Made by a program: the position numbers and the translations under genes. Of a stretch of DNA of 64,000 nt, positions 39,297-51,994 are shown in pieces. The notes under the pieces were generated by a model, which worked only from the letters and a program-made list of their open reading frames with translations, made no database searches and was not told the origin of the DNA. Every line of letters begins with the position of its first letter. Within the stretch, counting starts at the first letter, position 1. The stretch spans positions 97,402,001 through 97,466,000 of the forward strand of contig NC_042999.1 of assembly GCF_006345805.1 (NCBI RefSeq). The letters are read 5' to 3'. This stretch comes from Octopus sinensis. Its lineage: Eukaryota.

Positions 39297-39754
39297 TATA
39301 TATACAGGTGCACACACTCATACATACACACATGCACAAACACCCCCCACATACACACACACAGCATATTCATATGTATATTTGTGTGTATTTGTCTGTT
39401 TAAAACTATGAATACATTGAGCTAAACCCTACTCAAAGTGAAGATTACATATAAAAAGAGCTTATCTCTAGTTTATATATGAAATAGGAAGATATTTTAA
39501 ATTACACTCACAGATAGGATGCTAGCATTATTTTCAGTAACTCATCAGCTGTACTAGGATCTAATTTTCAGCTCTGAATGGATGAACTGTGTATGGTTAA
39601 ATACATACATGCCCTTCTAAGTCTTAGATCTTTTGAGTTGGAGTTCAGCCTAACTGGTATAATATAGCATCATCATCAGCAGCAGTTGCAGCAGTAGCAG
39701 CAGCCGCAGTAGCAGTAACACCACCATCACGATTGTTGTCCTGATTCTCTATAT

Positions 39755-39919
39755 CAGTGCTCTGCAACCTTTTTTTATTTGTGGCATTCTTATACACCTG
39801 AACTAAAAATATAACTAAAAGTAAAGGGGGAAAAAAATATATCCAGGTTACACTGTGGCACACCTAGCATTGTTTCGTAGTACACTAGTGTGCCACAATA
39901 TATTGGTTGGGGAGTACTG
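39755..39919. mobile_element. hAT (Charlie-like) MITE
   Basis: CAGTGCTCTGCAACC ... GGTTGGGGAGTACTG with 8-bp flanks CTCTATAT and CACTATAT. Confidence 0.75.
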
Positions 39920-39927
39920 CACTATAT

Positions 39928-40073
39928 CAGTCATGGGCAATCAGCAGCCCACTGGACTTTCTGAATGGCACACCAACAAAGAATTACCTTGAAAGTTTCT
40001 TTTAGTAGTGTGGCTCATTTGATGATAAGCCATTTCTCATGGCCTGCTTTTCAACAAAGATTGTCTATGCTTG
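39928..40073. mobile_element. Second hAT MITE
   Basis: CAGTCATGGGCAAT ... ATTGTCTATGCTTG, followed by CTCTTTAC. Confidence 0.6.
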
Positions 40074-40133
40074 CTCTTTACTGATATTCAACCTGCTACA
40101 AATAGCAGTCAAGTCTCCCTCAATTTGTATCCT

Positions 40134-40555
40134 ATAGGCACAGGAGTGGCTGTGTGGTAAGTAGCTTACTTACCAACCACATGGTTCCAGGTTCAGTCCC
40201 ACTGCATGACATCTTGGGCAAGTGTCTTCTGCTATAGCCCTGGGCCGACAAATGCCTTGTGAGTGGATTTGGTAGACGGAAACTGAAAGAAGCTTGTCGT
40301 ATATATGTATATATATATGTATGTGTGTGTATATGTTTGTGTGTCTGTGTTTGTCCCCCTAGCATTGCTTGACAACCGATGCTGGTGTGTTTACGTCCCC
40401 GTCTCTTAGCAGTTCGGCAAAAGAGACCGATAGAATAAGTACTGGGCTTACAAAGAATAAGTCCCGGGGTCGATTTGCTCGACTAAAGGCGGTGCTCCAG
40501 CATGGCCACAGTCAAATGACTAAAACAAGTAAAAGAGTAAAGAGAAAGAAAGAGT
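40134..40555 (+). mobile_element. Full-length tRNA-derived SINE (octopus OR-type)
   Basis: Pol III A box TGGCTGTGTGG, B box GGTTCAGTCCC, CORE-like CTTGGGCAAGTGTCT, internal (TA/TG) microsatellite, A-rich tail AGTAAAAGAG. Confidence 0.88.
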
Positions 40556-41379
40556 ATTGTCTTAAAAAATAAAAACAGAATGAATAATTTAGTCCTACAT
40601 ACAGTATGCTTTAGGTGGGATGGCCATGGTTGAAAAGCATTTGAACACAGATCTGCTCAGCTTAGATAAACTTCAGGCTGAACAACAAAAACCAGTTATT
40701 GTCATCATGGTGGTCATCATCATTTCACTACACTACCATGAGTGGAGAGATCTGTAATACAACATATTTCCATTCATTCGGTTTTTGTGAACTTTAACCT
40801 TCTTCTCAGATCTGATATCATTGTTTCTTTCTCTGCTATGGTCTATCACAGATACCTTCTATTGTTAACTCACAACACTCATATTCAATAAACAATAGCA
40901 GCTTATTTTATACATTTTTATTACACATCCCTCTCAGCATAGTTATCGCACCAGTGTTTTTTAATACCCAGCTAATAAGCCAGGAAGGGAATCGCTTTCT
41001 GGATGCTTGCCTGCTAGAAATAGCAGTCGAATTTCTTTCAAATTGTACCCAACCATCTTTTTTAAAATACAGAACCAATTAAATAATGTTATCTTAGAAA
41101 CACTTTCTAGAAGAAAAAATTAGATTGGATTGTTAAGCCTGGAATTCCTTTCAAAATAAGTTTACTCAAGTGGGGTTGATCTGGAGCTAAAAAAAAAATA
41201 GAATCCATTTTATCTGTTTACTTATGCTAAGTATTAGATATGAAAGATATACTGAGCTTATTATATACAGTGTTCAGGTGCACTACAACTTGTTGAGAAA
41301 GGGTGAAAGTGGGAACAGGAAGCAGCCATAAATAAAATAAAGAAAGATAACCACAAAAGCTAGAAATACATGCATTGTA

Positions 41380-41734
41380 TACAAAATAGAACACAAAAGA
41401 AAAGAGTAAAGTGAACAGTGAAAGAACAGAGGGGCAAAGGTATGTACTGTCATAGAGGTCAGCTGCCCAGCAAATATAAATATCTCTTTGAAAATCAAAG
41501 GAAAAGAGGATATCTATGGACAACTACTTCAAAATCTCCAGCTTCTGTATCCAGACTATGTATTCATATTCATATCAATAATAAATAGGTTTTGTTAGTA
41601 AATGCTTAAAAGAGAACCTGGGTGAACTGGGATTTTCAGAAAGAGAAATCAACAGGCTAATTCGTACATAACAAGTGCAATCTGTGAGTGGAACAGTAGA
41701 ATAATGCAAGACTTTTCTCAAGTTCCAATTGTGA
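41380..41734 (+). mobile_element. RLE-type non-LTR retrotransposon, C-terminal endonuclease remnant
   Basis: AKVCTVIEVSCPANINISLKIKGKEDIYGQLLQNLQLLYPDYVFIFISII..GFVSKCLKENLGELGFSE..CKTFLKFQL*. Confidence 0.75.
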
Positions 41735-41786
41735 ATTTGTCTGTGTTAACTACTTCCCAAAGATGGAGCCTTGCATCTTTGTTGGA

Positions 41787-41935
41787 TAAACCATAAAATG
41801 TCAGGAGGTATGAGAGATAAATATAATTATTATTTAACCACTTGACAACCCTAAAATTACAGCTGTAATCCTAATGATATCAAGTGGTTAAGTAAATATA
41901 TCCACCTCTCATATCTCCTGTCTTTTTATGGCTTA
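41787..41935. repeat. 149-bp imperfect palindrome (foldback or MITE-like)
   Basis: TAAACCATAAAATGTCAGGAGGTATGAGAG..TTAACCACTTGA..ATTACAG|CTGTAAT..TCAAGTGGTTAA..CTCTCATATCTCCTG..TTTTATGGCTTA. Confidence 0.85.
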
Positions 41936-43110
41936 TGTACTCCTCATGAAATAATTTCATCATCAGATTTCCAGACTTTCAGCTGTATGGAACTCTGCAT
42001 TATGCTCCTCTGTATTAGATTACTACATGGTCTGTTAGCCAAGTCCATTAGAAGAGCTTTTTGTGAAAGATACATGATTCTATGAATCCATATATTACAC
42101 TACAAATGTGTGTGTCTTCTAAATATTTTAAAACATAGTTTTTACTTTTTTTTTACTAAGTCTGGAGGAGGGACAGAAACCAGTAGCCTTTTCAAGTCCT
42201 CCAAGACTGATGAGATTGATACTAAAAATGTTTCATTTAAACTGTTGTAGGTCAACACTTTCAAGAAAGATATGAGTGAGGCAGAGATTCCAGAGGGCCA
42301 ATGTCTTTGGGGTTCAAAGGATTGGGCGTAGTGGTCAGTGCAAGGGAAGGGGAGAGACAAATAGGACGGGGTAGTAGAGCTCCAAAGAGCAGAGGCCATT
42401 CTGGTAGCTTGATTTCTTTTCCTCTACGAAGTGCACCAGGAAAAGATTCAGAACAACTACCTTATTCTCAAACCATTCCTCTCCACTTTCCACATATCCA
42501 CTATAGTCATCACTCAAATTTTATTACCACCTAACTTAAGTACCTGTCTACTACTGGATCTAATTTAGCTAAATACACACTATATTAGACATTATTATTA
42601 TTGACATTTCTGCATTCATTTTAGCCATCCATACACTCATGGTGTTGCTCTGAACTAAATATGGTTTCACAGACGAATTAATGTTGGAATGGAATAAATT
42701 TACACAGTTTTAAATAAAAAATAATTTACAAAAATAACATATGCTTTAACATTCACTTTTCCAAGTTTACATGGGTCAAACAGAATGGCTAGATGCTCTT
42801 CATGTTACTAACCCTCTCCCATTTCCAAGCAAAGTGATGTTTCCTCATGGCTACACATGTTTTCATAGAAAGTTAAAACAAAGGATGTATGATGGTGATG
42901 CTCATTTTGCAACTATTACATGATGTCAAGACAAGAGATAGTTGTAAAATGAGGGTCATTTTGTTTCCTTTGTTTCCAATCATCCATGAGTAAAATGCAG
43001 ATGACCAAGTCAAAAGAATTTAGCTGATTGAATCCTGTTATGACCAAGATATATCATTTTCAAAATCTCAGTCTACAATAGACCAGTGAAAACTCACCAG
43101 TGTAAATATT

Positions 43111-43466
43111 GATTTCAAGTTTTAGCACAAAGCCCGCAATTTCAGGGAAGCAGATAAGTCAATTAGATTGACCCCAGCGTTCAACTGATGCTTATTTATT
43201 GACCCTGAAAGAATGAAAGGCAAAGTCCACATCAGCAGATCAGTGTAAATATTCTTTTCTACTCTAGGCATAAGGTGCAAAATTTTTGTGGAGAGGGCCA
43301 GTCGATTAGATCAATCCCAGTATGCAACTGGTATTTGAGTTATCGACCCTGAAAGGATGAAAGGCAAAGTCGACTTGGCGGAATTTGAACTCAGAATGTG
43401 TAGACAGACGAAATACTACTAAGCATTTTGTCCGGCATGCTAATGATTCTGCCAGCTCACCGCCTT
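43111..43466 (-). mobile_element. Two tandem Meta-domain SINEs (one 5'-truncated, one full length)
   Basis: Minus strand GGCGGTGAGCTGGCAGAATC...GAGTTCAAATTCC...GCCTTTCATCCTTTCAGGGTCGATAA; CAGTGTAAATATT occurs three times around them. Confidence 0.85.
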
Positions 43467-43636
43467 ACACCAGTGTAAATATTGTCCACACTTTGTAATT
43501 GACACATATTTGTCACATTATTGTACTAAGTTCCTGTACTTTTGAGGGCTTGCTCTATTTTAGAGGCATCAACAATGTGGTTGTACTGTCAGTTCTTTTG
43601 ACACCTCTACAGAGTGATCTCAATAAAAAAATTAGT

Positions 43637-44378
43637 TTCTGGAAGTGTGCTGTGCGCGAGAAGACCCGGCAGGACAAGTGAGTCCATAACCCATGACCTT
43701 CTACTTGGGATGGAGCCAGCCTACGTATGCATACCTTCCCTTCTTGGGACACAAAACTCTACTTGTGAAGACCTGTTGAGGCAAGTGAGGATCAGAATCG
43801 AAATCGATCAATGGAAATTGCAGATGTGTTACCAGTGCCGGTGGCATGTCAAAACTCTACTTGTGAAGACCTGTTGAGGCAAGTGAGGATCAAAATGGAA
43901 ATCGATCAATGGAAATTGCAGATGTGTTACCAGTGCCGGTGGCATGTCGAAACTCTACTTGTGAAGACCCGTTGAGGCAAGTGAGGATCAGAATGGAAAT
44001 CGATCAATGGAAATTGCAGATGTGTTACCAGTGCCGGTGGCATGTAAGAGAACCTTCCGTTTCGCGACCATTGCCAGCACCGCCCCATTTCGTGTCCGTT
44101 GCCAGCCTCGCCTGGCCCTTGTGCCGGTGGCACATAAAAAGCACCATCCGTTCGTGGCCGTTTGCCAGCTCTGTCTGGCACCTGTGCAGGTGGCACGTAA
44201 AAAGCACCCACTACACTCACGGAGTGGTTGGTGTTAGGAAGGGCATCCAGCCGTAGAAACACTGCCAGATTTGATTGGGCCTGATGAAGCCTTCTGGCTT
44301 CACAGACCCCAGTAGAACCGTCCAACCCATGCTAGCATGGAAAACGGACGCTAAACGACGATGATGATGATGATGATG
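43637..44378 (+). mobile_element. Young 5'-truncated RTE LINE 3' end with 3 x 98-bp tandem repeat
   Basis: WKCAVREKTRQDK*; units start at 43753, 43851 and 43949; CCATGCTAGCATGG stem and (GAT)n tail. Confidence 0.88.
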
Positions 44379-45904
44379 TATATTCCTTTCTGTTTCTGTT
44401 TTACAGCTAGAGTGACAGAGCCACTGAAAGTGAATGGTCCTTCTCAAAAAAAAAAAAATGTATCTCTCTTTCACTCTCTCTCTCCATTTATCTATTTTCC
44501 TTTTCTTCCCCTTTTCTCTATCTCTCTGTTTCTCTCTACTTTTTCTCTCCCTTTCTTTTTTCCTTCACACCTCCCTTACATCTTGCTTGATAATGACAAG
44601 GCTGTTATGACAAAAACCATGACAAAGATGATGATGAAGAGGTGAAAAAAGAGAGACACAGAGATGAACAGAGGTATCCCTATGTTTGGATACAGATAGT
44701 AATTGGAGATTTCTCATTGAAAGAGGTTTCAGTACAGCATTACTAACTAACTAAACAGGACCTGTCATCAGTTCATTCCTCTGCTCACCCCAACTGTAAC
44801 ACCTACACTTATACCCATGCTCACAGCCTCTCACCATTTTCCACTACACCATCCATTATCAGTAATAAAACATTAGGAGACAAAATGAAGAACAAAACCA
44901 GATTTATATATATATATATGCGCACACACACATGCACGCACACACATGCACACACATACATACACATACACACACATGCATACACATGTATAGGTTTGAT
45001 GATGCAAACAGAAATAGAATGAAACTCTTGGCCCTTGAGACACTGCTGTTACTTCTGCTGATTGTTAATAAAACACACACACACACAAAGTCTTCATTAT
45101 CATAATCAAATCATCATATGCCCACCCTCCATGCTGGCATATATATATATATATATATATATCTGTATGTATGTATGTATGTATGTATGTATGTATGTAT
45201 ATATGTTTGTATGTATGTATGTATGTATGTATGTATGTATGTATGTGCACACACACGCACTCACACACATACACACACGCACACACACACACACATTAAA
45301 AAATAAATATATAATGTTTATCAAATTACAAATCTTATCTCAGAATCTCTGTGGTTGTCTAATAATATCGCCTTACCTACTCACTGTTGTGTGGGTGTGC
45401 ACGTGTGTAGATGTGTGTATTAGTGTATGTATCCAACTGTGTGCATACGTTTACATATGAGGTAGGTATTGTATATATGACTTATGCATTTTGTATATAT
45501 ATATGTATTAGTATGCATCTGTGTGTGTGTATGTGTGTGTGTGAGTGTTTTGTGTACATAACTGCAAATGTGTTTATAGGAGCATGGGATTGTACGCATA
45601 TGTGAGGTGAGAATAACCCCAGGTGAAAGTAAATTTAATTCAGGCTTTAATTTACTAAAATTTCCAAGGATATCACCTGGTAAACTATTCAATTAGTAGT
45701 TTACAAGAGAATTTATAGTAGCAATAGGAGGTACAAATTGTAATACCTCATAGAGATACAATGTTTCTATTACTATTATGATACAATATTATTTACATAA
45801 TAACATTATTACATTCTTCTCCTCAACCCCACAAAAATAAAAGTACATACATATAATATTATCTGTATTACCAAAATATCAATATTCTCTAGTGTAATCA
45901 TATG

Positions 45905-46400
45905 ATTGCTTCTAGCATAGGCAGAAAGGGATAAGTTGATTAATTAAACCCTAGTACTTCATCGACCCAGGAGAGATGAAAGACAAAGACAGCCTTGGCA
46001 GGGTTTGAACTCAGAAAGCAGAGAGCCAGAAAAAATGCCACAAAACATTTTGTTTGACATTCTAATGATTCTGTTGTTCCTTTGTCATTATAATCCTTTC
46101 CACTGTAAATTTTGTGAGAGGTGGTTAGTTGATTACATTGATCCCAAGTACTTATTTTATTAATCTTGAAAGGACGAAAAGCAAAGTCAACTTTGATGGC
46201 ATTCGAACTCCCAATGTACAGACTGATGAAAATGTCACTAAGCATTTTGTCCAGCATGCTAATGATTCTGCCATCTCACCCCTTTCACTGCCTTTATACT
46301 AATAATTTCTAATTTACACACAAAGCTTACAATTTTATGCAGAGGAATTAGTTGATTGAATCAACCTCAGTATTTGATTAGTACTTTATTTTATCAAAAG
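45905..46400 (-). mobile_element. Cluster of three Meta-domain SINE copies or fragments
   Basis: Repeated GTTGATTA..AGTAC..GAAAG..CAAAG..GAACTC..CTAATGATTCTG blocks. Confidence 0.7.
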
Positions 46401-47374
46401 TGAATGAAAAATGGGAATTTTCTTTGAAAACAAACAGAGATTTGTTACTACACGATGAAGGTAATGGACCCTGAAAAATCAATGCTCATGTGGACCAAGG
46501 GTTGCATAGATCTGATGGGTTAATGTGATTCTAGATGATATTATTATTGCCTTTAACCATTGATAAATGTGGCAAACACAAGCACCACTTTTAATGTCAA
46601 CCACTGAATATGGAAGATTTCAAACTCAAACAAAACGTGGTAACTTTGTAAGGGCAAGGTGGCAGAAAGATGGATAGATTTTAGAAATAGGATTCTTCTA
46701 AAATGTAACAATGTTGGTTTCAACATACCATTTCAGATTGAAATTCTTTAAAATACATTAAAAAGAAAATAAAGATAGGAAGTTTTAGCCAAGTAAACAG
46801 GGAACTACAAAGCATTGTATTTTCATGTTTTAAGATAAAAATAACTATTCAAAGTTCATAAAAAAGCTGCATCTCTTCCAGACTGTACATAATCCCCATC
46901 AATTTAGTGTAAACAAGATCACATAAAATACCAAGCTAAAAAATTAAAGCATACAATACTACTAAATGCAAAAAAAAGAAATTTATGTAGAGATTAGCCA
47001 ACAAGATTATAGAACAAGAATCTTACTCCATGAAATTAAATGCATCCTCACTCCATTGGAGGTGGAAATATTCTTCTATGTTATTCAGTGTAACCACCAT
47101 TATTTAAACAACAATTATTTAAATCATTATTTAAACAATAATTTCTGCAACAAACAAAAATTGATGAACCACGTACACCAATTTCCCTAAGAGAAGTGGA
47201 GATACTCTGACAGCATTGATGGAATTATTACAATTTCAACACAGATATACAAAGTGAAAATACAAACACAGAAACAGCCACTAGAACATATGATGCAATA
47301 CAATAGGACAGAGGAAACATCTGATTTAGCATTATCACTTAAGTATGCCAGTTACAAGAAGTTCAATAATATTG

Positions 47375-47578
47375 GTTTCAAATTTTGGCACAGGACCAAC
47401 ATTTTCAGTGGAGTAGGTATGTCAATTACATTGACCTTGTCAACTGATACTTAATTTTTTGACCCCAAAAGGATGAAAGCTGACCTTTGAGGAATTTGAA
47501 CTCAGAGGCTTCAAGACGGATGAAATACCACTAAGCATTTTCCCTGGTGTGCTAACAATCCTGCCAGCTCACTGCCTT
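47375..47578 (-). mobile_element. Meta-domain SINE with ~19-bp TSD
   Basis: Flanks AAGAAGTTCAATAATATTG and AAGAAGATCAATGATATTG. Confidence 0.8.
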
Positions 47579-47988
47579 AAGAAGATCAATGATATTGAAT
47601 GCCTATCTGAAATTGATAAAAGGTTTTACTCAAATCAGATGAGAATGAGGGAATAATAGTACCAACAAACACTCCAAGGAATACAGTTAACAGTAACAAC
47701 AACTCTGGTTCTAATTCTAAACCTGCCACTGATACTGACAACATATCCAACAATTACAGATTGTTATATTTTCTCTCAGTGATCAAATTCCCATTAACAG
47801 TGGTGTCTGCAGATTCCTACAGCAGCACTGAAGACCTACTCAGCAGAATCAGTGATTGCAACCTTTCCTATGACCTAACACATTGTATTACATATTGAAT
47901 GCTAACAAGTTGTACTTGCTTGCAAGTGATGTCTTGTTTTCTCAATCATGTTTTAAGTTCAGTCCCCCTGTGTGGCATCATATTTTTA

Positions 47989-48035
<47 letters not shown>

Positions 48036-48156
48036 GGCTTTGGCTAACCTGGGGAAATAGAAGAAGACACTTGCCCAAGGTGCTGCACCATGGGACTGAA
48101 CCCAAATCAAGAGGTCGAGAAGCAAGCTTCTTTACCATACAGCCACATTTGCACCT
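48036..48156 (-). mobile_element. tRNA SINE head fragment
   Basis: GAAGACACTTGCCCAAGGTGCTGCACCATGGGACTGAACCC..CCATACAGCCAC. Confidence 0.75.
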
Positions 48157-48614
48157 ATACATAAATACATATATACATCCTTATACATATGTATGCATGT
48201 GTGTGTGTGTGTGTGTATTTATATATATGCATGTGTAAATATGTTTATCTGTGTATCTCCTCTCTCTCCCTTTCTCCCTACACACACACACACACACATG
48301 AACATCATAGTCCAGTCGCAACAAAAACATAAACAATCCCCTATCTGACAACTAATCTATTTATATGTCACAAAATCTAGGTGAAATCTAGAACAAAACA
48401 CAGGCAACATCCATAACATAAATAACAGAATATAACTTGCTTCTTCGTTGTTTTTCTTTACTCAAGACTCTAGTATCAGTTGTTCCAATTTCTATAACCA
48501 TTTTTTGTTATGCATGTGCTTTAGATTTAAAGGTAGATTTCAATTTATTTTTTTTATTATACATTATTATAGGTGTGAAGAACCATGCACACACACACAC
48601 ACACGCACACACAT

Positions 48615-48657
<43 letters not shown>

Positions 48658-48707
48658 GCATCAGAGACATGATCATACATAGAGACACAAATACATTCAG
48701 ACATGCA

Positions 48708-48761
<54 letters not shown>

Positions 48762-49249
48762 AACACAAAACAAAATAAACATCTTCATCTTCAACCCCTA
48801 AACTCTCATATCAACATTCCCACAAATAGCAAAGCAAAATTACTTTGTAATAACAAAGTATTATTATAAAATAACAGTATAGAATCATGTGAAGAATTTC
48901 TCAAAATTCTACATGGAACAGATACAGTTGGGAACCTTTTCAGCATGGCATTAAAAGTCTTTTTACAGACATCCTAGTGATGGAAACTGTCAACACAATC
49001 CGAAATAATATGTACCCACTATACCAGGGAGTATAATTAAAAGATTTTTAGAGACTTCTTTAGACCACAATACAATCTATGTACCCAGAGAGACAGTGTA
49101 ACTATCACTTCCTCACTTGGGCCAACCTTTGTGGCAGTTTACATGCCTAACATGGAAAACAAAGTTGTTCCCAAACATCACCAAACTATCTGGATTGGGT
49201 ATAAAAGGGGGTACCCAAAAGACACAGGAATTTTGCAATGCTGCTCAGT

Positions 49250-49465
49250 TTTTGACAAACTGTTCAGTTATGGGGATGTAAACACACCAACACTAGTTGT
49301 CAAGCAGTGGTGGGGGACAAACACAGACACAAACACACATGCACACATGCACATACGACAGGCTTCTTTCAGTTTCCATCTATAAAATCCAAAACTTTAG
49401 TTGGCCCAAGGCTATATAGAAGACACTTGTCCAAGGTTCCACACAGTGGAACTGAACCCAGAACC
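49250..49465 (-). mobile_element. Internal fragment of OR-type SINE
   Basis: Reverse complement of the 40190-40420 region. Confidence 0.75.
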
Positions 49466-50818
49466 AAAGAGTGTGTTTCCTGCCTCTGGTTTGCTTGATC
49501 TGATACAAAAAATGCTTTCTGTCTCACTTTGTTTTGGCTTGAATATTTTTCTTCTTCTGTTGCTTTACACATGTTGTAATTAACATAAATCTCTCATGAT
49601 TCTCATTATGAATGCAGATCACGTTTATAGAGGACCATATAACTTGATGAAAGATCAATAATTCATATACTGTCATTGGTAGTATTGAGTTCATGGTCAA
49701 GATACTTAATACTCAATGACCCAGTCCATCAAGCTATAAGTAGACATCACAAGATATAATGGCTCAGAGTGAGCCACAAACTATCAAGGGAACTCTTAAA
49801 TATTCATCTGATCTGCTAGAAATAGCAACCAAATTTCTTTCAAATTGCATTCTGCCTATTATCTTAAGGAAAGGACACATTAGATAATGTAGTTCTACAC
49901 ATCTCTAAAAAGATGTGCCGGTTATAGCTGGAAAACCTTTTCTTGTAGATCTAATAAAGCAGGGTTGTTCTAGGGATAAGCAACATCAACAGCAACAGTG
50001 CTGTACAACTGGTTTCCTATTAATCTTTAGGGATAAGTTCAAGTCATCCTTGCAAACTAAGCCATAATAGAAGTCCGAAAAATATGACTGTCTCTATCAT
50101 CACCATTCCACCATCATCATCTTTCAGTGCTTCCCGCTAACCAACACTGGCATGCTCTTCATTTAATAGGACCTGGAAAGGCTGTGACCCCTATTTCTAC
50201 ATCTAAAATTAAGCATAAAAGGCACTATATCAGTGAGGTTAAGGTGATGGATTATTGATCACATGGTCATAAGTTCAACCATTACCATAGGCACATGGTT
50301 GTGCCCTTGAGCAAGATGCATTACTATTCTTGTACAGATTTGTCTTCTGACATAAAATAGATTCTATTCTTGCATCACAGATGAGTATTTAATAGTAAAA
50401 AGGACATCAATTTGTACAAACAATTTTTCTAACATAAAAATTATCTCATCCACAAAAACCATAGAAAAAATGAATGTAATATAGCAAGAAAAAGTTGAGT
50501 CTATGCATGTGCATGTATACTTAAATATGCTTGTATTTGTACTATTTTGCATTATGTGTAAGTGTGTATTATGTGCATACATGTATGTTTGCCATGCATA
50601 TGACAATATATATATATCTTTGTGTGTGTATGTGTGTGAGTGCATGTGAGTATGCATGTATGCGTGCATGTGAGCATGTATGCGTACATGCATAAGCGTA
50701 TGCAAGAGAGTTAGCATATGAATGCAGGCAGTCTGAATGGTTACAAAATCCATTTTTCAATCATATGATCTTGGGTTTGATCTCACTGGCAATGTTAATT
50801 TAATTGATATTTTTTATG

Positions 50819-51147
50819 AAGGCACATGGCTCAGTGCTTAGAACGTCAGGCTCACACTCATGAAGTAGTGAGTTTGATTCCCGGACTGGGCTGTGTGTTT
50901 TGTTCTTCAGCAAGATACTTTATTTCACATTGCTTCAGTTTACTCAGCTGTAGAAATGAGTTGTTACATCACTGGTGCCAAGCTATAATAGCCTTTACCT
51001 TTCCCTTGGATAAAGAGAGGAGAGGCTGCTATGCATGGGCAACTGCAGGTCTTCCATAAACAACCTTGCCTAGAGTTGTACCCCAGAGAATAACTTTCTA
51101 AGTGCGATCCCATGGTTGTTCATGATCCAAAGGAGTCTTTACCCCTT
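50819..51147 (+). mobile_element. tRNA-derived CORE-type SINE
   Basis: A box TGGCTCAGTGCT, B box GTTTGATTCCC, TCTTCAGCAAGATACTT..ACTCAGCTGTAGAAATGAGT, tail TTTACCCCTTT. Confidence 0.75.
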
Positions 51148-51666
51148 TAAAGTGGTATTAGGGTAAATCTATCTTTGATTTAGGTCAACCCAAACCTTGT
51201 GAGTGAAACTGAGACAATGGTAAGAAACAATGAGGTAGTTATCAATCAGGTGGGCCATTCCAGTAAGTCAAAGTATCATGCCTCACACACATGTTGAGTT
51301 TACTTCAGGATTACATTAGCAGAACACATATCTGTGAAATACTCGCCCATTTACATTATAATTTAATGAATAATTCAGGTAATTTAGTTAATTAAACAAG
51401 TGGAAAGCTTACTGTCAGAAAACCCCCAACCCCTCCAAAGCATCCATCATGTTGGTACATGTGTATAGTGATGTGTTTATGCTTTTAAGAATGCATGTTT
51501 GAATTGTGTTTATATGTGAATGTGTATGTGTGGAGGTTCTAATGTGTGCTACTTTTAATGTGTGGTATTGTGTATGCGTTTTTTGAATACATAAATGTTT
51601 TTAAGTGTGTGTATGCATATGTATATGTTTGCATATTTACACCTATGTATAATATACATGTATAAT

Positions 51667-51703
<37 letters not shown>

Positions 51704-51764
51704 CATCATCATCATCGTTTAATGCCCGCTTTCCATGCTAGCATAAGCATGCATAAATGTACAA

Positions 51765-51795
<31 letters not shown>

Positions 51796-51994
51796 GGTGC
51801 TGCAAATTTATAGTGATCAGTTATCTAGCTGTTTGTGCATATTGTGTGCATGTACATCTGTCTGTATGTGTGAGTGTGTGGATGTCTGTTTGTGTGTGAT
51901 ATGATCAGGTGAGGTAAGAAATCAGCTGAATCATTTAAGAGACATCAGATGTTGTTTGTTGGCAGCTGAGTCTGAGGTGTTAGGGACATGTGAT

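Noticed and set aside
40140-40210. tRNA gene
   Set aside because: A and B boxes belong to a SINE head that continues into SINE body; no clean cloverleaf.
42142-42399. 85-aa ORF, possible LINE relic
   Set aside because: No diagnostic motif could be confirmed.
43753-44046. CRISPR-like regular repeats (also 56470-56920)
   Set aside because: Whole units repeat with no unique spacers; eukaryotic LINE context; no cas genes.
44280-44300. Hammerhead core CTGATGA
   Set aside because: The sister copy reads CTGGTGCA at the same position, and no properly placed GAAA or stems are present.
45028-45075. Signal-peptide-like MKLLALETLLLLLLIV
   Set aside because: Runs into a microsatellite with no convincing donor.
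44904-45692. Stacked ORFs of YIYI, VCVC or HTHT type (also near 18.4, 30.6, 48.5, 55.4, 57.5 and 62 kb)
   Set aside because: Translations of dinucleotide and tetranucleotide microsatellites.
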